A program made the translations under genes and the position numbers. From Eledone cirrhosa (lineage: Eukaryota), in assembly GCA_964016885.1 (NCBI GenBank), contig OZ024742.1:183892001-183956000 (forward strand): DNA of 64,000 bases, read 5' to 3'. A model generated the notes under the pieces. That model made no database searches. It saw only the letters and a program-made list of their open reading frames with translations, and was not told the origin of the DNA. Position 1 is the first letter of the stretch. Each line of letters starts with the position of its first letter. Positions 59,035 through 64,000 of the stretch are shown one piece after another.

Positions 59035-60800
59035 GGCAGGACTGAGTAAAGAACCAAAGGACCGTTTCTATGAGAAACGTTTAGAGACAAACCCCTGTTA
59101 CTGATGGTAGAGACCTTATCGTCTTTATAGGCGACATCCATGGACATGTTGGACAATACCCGGATGTATTCACTGGAGTAGGAGTACTCGATAGAAGCTT
59201 CTGGAATTCTGTGATTCAAATGAACTAACCATTTGCAACACACATTTCAGGAAACCGACCAGCACCTGATACCCTACTAATCAGACAGACACACAAGCCA
59301 AATGAATTTCTTACATGTACGACAAAGAGATAGATGGGCGGTTATAAATCCTAAGACCTTCTCCGGCAAAGAACATGCCGCCCAACAAAAGTTAGTTATT
59401 AGTGACATCAGAATAAGCACAAGACGGAACAAGATGCGCAAGAAAATATAGAGATAGAGGGTTTAGAAGCTAAGGGACTTTTCTGTTAAATGTAGATTTA
59501 GAAAGGCTCTATGGGATGCATATTATGAGAGGGGAGACGAGTTAGATACATATGACATAGGGGAGAATTTGAAAGTCTTACATGACAACCTATTGCGAAC
59601 TACTAATGAGACATGTGGCTGGTGCTTTACTCAGACAAAGAGTAGCTTAGTGGGGGAAACAGCACAGTGGATAGAGACATTAAAGCCAAGGGGCAGGCAT
59701 GGAAAGTTGGAGGGGGGGGGTAGCAGAAACCAGTATCATGTCGCTAAAACAGGAGCTAGACGACAAGTATACAGAAAGAGACTGAAAATAAGTTTGCCAA
59801 TGTCTTGTAACGTGAGGATCAGAGACGTGAAGTATTCCGCATTGCAAGCAATGGGTTAGTGTGAATCGCGATGTTTTTGGGGAAAGGTGTGTTCAAATGA
59901 GACTGGTGTACTTAGCATCACTGATGCTCAAACGAAAGAGGCCTAGAAATCTTACTATGAGAGGCTGATGGATGTGGAGAATGAGTGGAAGGAAGAGAAA
60001 TTACCCCTAACCAACCCAACAGAGGACACAGCTATTGAAATCGACAATTATAGTGTCAAAGAAACAATCAGGGAAATGAAGAACGGTTAATCCGCGGGAA
60101 TGTCAGAGATAGTCGCCGTGATGCTAAAAGCATTGGGAGAGTAGGGACTGAACTAGTAACTCGCACAGTCAATCAAGTAATACAGGACGGAGTCATACCC
60201 AATGACTGACGCAGCAATACAATCGTAAATTGCTACAATGTGATGCTATAGAAAGGAGCAACTACAGAGAAATAAAGCTAATGGACCAAGTTATGAAGGT
60301 GACGGAAAGAGTTCTAACACAGCTAATTAGAGAAAGATTCAAGTTAGACGAGCTGCAGTTCAGTTCTGTGTGTGGGAGAAGTACTACAGATGCTCTCGTC
60401 TCAGTGAGACAACTACAAGAGAAGTTCCTATTCAAAAATATGCTTCTATATTTTGCTTTTGTTCATCTAGAAAAGGCCTTTGAAAGCGTACACTGATCTG
60501 TAATCTGGTGGTCGCAATGAAAATTAGCTGTAGAAGAATGGCTTGTGAGAGTAGGGCAAGCCATGTACAAACGAGCTGTCAGTAAAGTGAAAATAGGAAA
60601 GGAGGATCATGAGGAATTCAAAGTACAGGTAAGGATTCATCAAGGTTCGACCGTCAACACATTTCTGCTTACTATAGTTCTCCAGGCCATAACAGAAGAG
60701 TTTAAGACTGGCTGTCCATGGGAACTTCTTTATGCGGATGATCTGGTTCTTACAGCTGAATCTGAAGAAGATCTACAGAACAAGTTCCAACTGTGAAAGC
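59035..60800 (+). pseudogene. Decayed RTE-clade LINE (APE endonuclease and RT)
   Basis: IGDIHGHVG, EFCDSNELTICNTHFRK, NYREIKLMDQVMKV, GRSTTDA, FVHLEKAF, HQGS, ELLYADDLVL; many stops. Confidence 0.9.
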
Positions 60801-60879
60801 GGAATTTACAATCAATTTACGATGTACACAATGCAAATCTTGGGTGCACAGAGGTAGGTATTATCACTTACGATTGCCA

Positions 60880-62480
60880 TTGCTTAGGTGCCTTTCCATG
60901 GATCCAGACCACCCGGCACATGTGAGTCAGCCAGAGAAACTTTCTCTATTTAAGGCTTATAATATATCCGGCCGAATTTCACTTTCCCCAGCGGCTTGCC
61001 ACATTTGAGCTCTTCAGTTGCTCTTGTCACCTTAACCTTCGAGACACTAGTCATCGCTCCCAAATGTACCTCGTGTACATCAGAAGATGCAGTTGTAATG
61101 AAGTTTAGGAAATCAGCAAAGTATTCTTTCCTCCTCGCGAAGATGTACCTCTCTGAGGAGAGGAGTACCTCTGGCGCGTTCCTGATAGCAAATGTAGAAA
61201 AGGACTTCTTATTACGAAATCGACGGATGGTCTGCCAGTAGACTTCCTTTGCTGATCTGAAGTCGGATTCCAGCTTCACCCCAAAGTCTTCCCATATTTT
61301 TTGACGTCTTTACTGTCTCTGCTGCGACTTTTCGTGCCTGCTTGTATTGCAAGTGTAAGGAGGACTTATTTCCAAGCCAAGTTTTGTAAGCCTCCTTCTT
61401 CGTTCGGATGGCATCTTTGACTTCTTGATTGAACAAAGGGATCCTCCTGCCATCCAAAGTCACACCAAGCCTCTTTCACTCGCAGCATTTAACAGCTGAA
61501 GTTGAAACTGCTAAGCTTAACAATCTCTACTCCGTTTCAACATCCTCAGTTCTCTGAATTTAGCTGCAATAGTATCCATATACCTGGTCCTGACTGCCTT
61601 ATCTACCAACACTTCCCACATTATCCTGTAGATCGATCTTTTGTGGGCTTTTTGACTTTAGCTAGTCTCAAATTGCAGATAACTAGATGGTGATCAGTTG
61701 ACATCTCAGCTACTCGCTTAACAGGAGCATCCAGAATCAAAGATATCAGCGGCAACGACAAAAACAATGATTGATCCGTGTCCCTGATTTCCCTTAGACC
61801 ATGTATATTTATGGATGCCTCTCTGCTGGCAAAAGGTGTTCATAATAAAGGATCCATTGCTAGAACAGAAGTCTAAATAGGCCTCTCCATTCGTATTTAA
61901 ATCAGGATCGCCGTTCCTTCCAATCCCTTCTTTCCATGTAAGGTGATCAGTGCCAACATATGCATTGGGTATGCATCTAACGCTGCAATGACTTCCTTAA
62001 GAAAAGACTCCTTGTTTGGTGCATAAACCTGCAGCGTCCACAGAGACCTATGTTTCAGCCTAAACTTCAAGAGGAAAACCCTCCCTCCTAATTGGACACC
62101 CACTCCTGTCTGTGTAGTATTTTCTGGCGCCAAATCTGAATAGTGGAGTTTTCATCTTCCATCCAAATCTACAGTGTCAAAGCCGCAGAACTTTGTTGAG
62201 GAAACCTCGACTACATCTAGCAGGTAGTATCTAGCTTTCTCCACAAATTTCTGCTCCTATCCTGCTCCTATCCTGTAAGAGTTGTGATGTTTCAGGTTCT
62301 AATTGTCAAGGTTTGCTCCCTTCCGAACCGTCTTTGGGGTCTCGGGATATGCAATATTTGTGTGTTCATCCCACGCCTCCCGGAACAGACCGCAGGCCCA
62401 TAACCAGTTTTTACATACTGAAATGGAGACCGATATATTTTTCGAATAGGCCCCTCACCCTCTGCCTAAGACCTTAACAC
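60880..62480 (-). pseudogene. Second decayed RTE-clade LINE (5' part: APE and linker)
   Basis: LQVYAPN, DHHLV, EVKDAIRTKKEAYKTW, YWQTIRRFR, EYFADFLN; its 5' segment matches 15350-15417. Confidence 0.85.
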
Positions 62481-63314
62481 ATCTCCAGTTAACCCGTGGG
62501 AAAGACGATAAGGTATGATTCTTTGCGTTTCCTCTCACCGTATTGCAGTTTTTGTCTTATTCATGCCAGTCATGAATCTCGTACATTCTCAGACCCGCGA
62601 AGACTCGGCCTTTTTAGAGGCGGCCTTTACTCGCCTCGGTATAGCTATTTCACACACACAGACATATATGATATTCAACTATTAAACAATAAACCAATAA
62701 AATAAGGTGAAGCAGTTAATTAATCCGTTGTTTTACGATCATTTCAAAGAGCAAAATGATCCATGTACTGACCAATCAATGGTAGTTATGAAATTCCACG
62801 CCATAACCCTTATAAAAAGCATGTGTAATCTACTGTCAATCCTCAGAGACAATATAAAGTGAGGTTAAGGTAGTGAGAAATGAATAATAGTTTAGACATA
62901 AAATTCGAAAATTTTACTACAGAAAAATACGGAACTCGCGCTCAATAGAATATAGAGGGAAGCTAGATTAATCTACGTGAAGATAAGGTTCCGAGCTCTG
63001 TTCTTTCTCTCTCGATTCCACTCGGTCGTGAGTCCACGCTGCTGCGCGCACGCACACGCAAGTTGACATATAAATATTTTTTTCTCCTTCCTATATTTTC
63101 TCCTTTGACTCAACCCTTGCGTATGCTATATTTATGTAATTTGCCCAAGGGTATACCTGGTCTTTGCCTGTTTTTTTTGTGTCCTAATGTGCACTGGAAT
63201 TAATGGTATCGACCTTAATAAACTGAAACCTTAGTGATTTCCAGTGGTTGAATGAGGAGATGGTACTGTTTGTCTTCCCGTTGTTTTTTCCTTTGTCTTT
63301 CACCTGTGTGCTCC

Positions 63315-63406
<92 letters not shown>

Positions 63407-63413
<7 letters not shown>

Positions 63414-63907
63414 AAGTTAAATAAAAGTCAAATGATTAAAATTTAGCTTCGTTTATTACTGCTATATATATTTCAGTGACAGCCATCTTTGGCTGTGACC
63501 TCTTCAGGCAGTTTGAATTAGTATGGTATAGACAAGTACATATGTTATTTAGGTGTATAATATTGTCAATACTCTGATATGCCCAGTTCCTTGTTGGGTT
63601 GTTAGTTCCTCAGTGAATTAACAACCCAACAAGGAACTGGGCATATCAGAGTATTGACAATATTATACACCTAAACAACATATGTACTTGTCTATACCAT
63701 ACTAATTCAAACTGCCTGAAGAGGTCACAACCAAAGATGGCTGTCACTGAAATATATATAGCAGTAATAAACGAAGCTAAATTTTAATCATTTGACTTTT
63801 ATTTAACTTTATTTTACACTACTCCGGAGTAACCAAACCAACCTGCGCACTTCGTCAAGTGCTCCAGCCTGCATACTGAGGTGTTGGTATACAACCAACA
63901 TAAACTC

Positions 63908-63912
<5 letters not shown>
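63407..63912. mobile_element. Family D fold-back element, 410-bp palindrome with two opposed hammerheads
   Basis: Palindrome 63407-63816 centred ~63611; ribozymes at 63458-63512 (minus) and 63711-63765 (plus). Confidence 0.85.

Positions 63913-64000
<88 letters not shown>

Overview
AT-rich, microsatellite-dense eukaryotic DNA with no recognisable intact host gene. The SINE set and repeat landscape suggest an octopus/cephalopod intron or intergenic region (inference). Almost all listed ORFs are translations of (TA)n, (CA)n, (TATG)n or (TATC)n. Real content: a 2.9-kb 58-bp satellite; about 20 copies of a tRNA-derived Meta-domain-like SINE plus older CORE-type SINEs; decayed RTE/RTEX, CR1 and Tx1-like LINE fragments; two non-autonomous Helitrons (one with a Pif1 helicase remnant); and Tc1/mariner, pogo and hAT-like MITEs. 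The main discovery: the 100-450 bp unique islands between (TA)n tracts are not random. About 11 unrelated sequence families carry type-I hammerhead ribozyme motifs (stem I-CUGANGA-stem II-GAAA-stem III-UH-stem I), mostly with palindromic minimal stem III as in Penelope-like elements (PLEs) and retrozymes. Many copies are fold-back palindromes whose turning point lies in or right beside the ribozyme, suggesting ribozyme-structure-driven snap-back during (TA)n-associated retrotransposition. All structures were paired by eye; no folding, alignment or database search was run.
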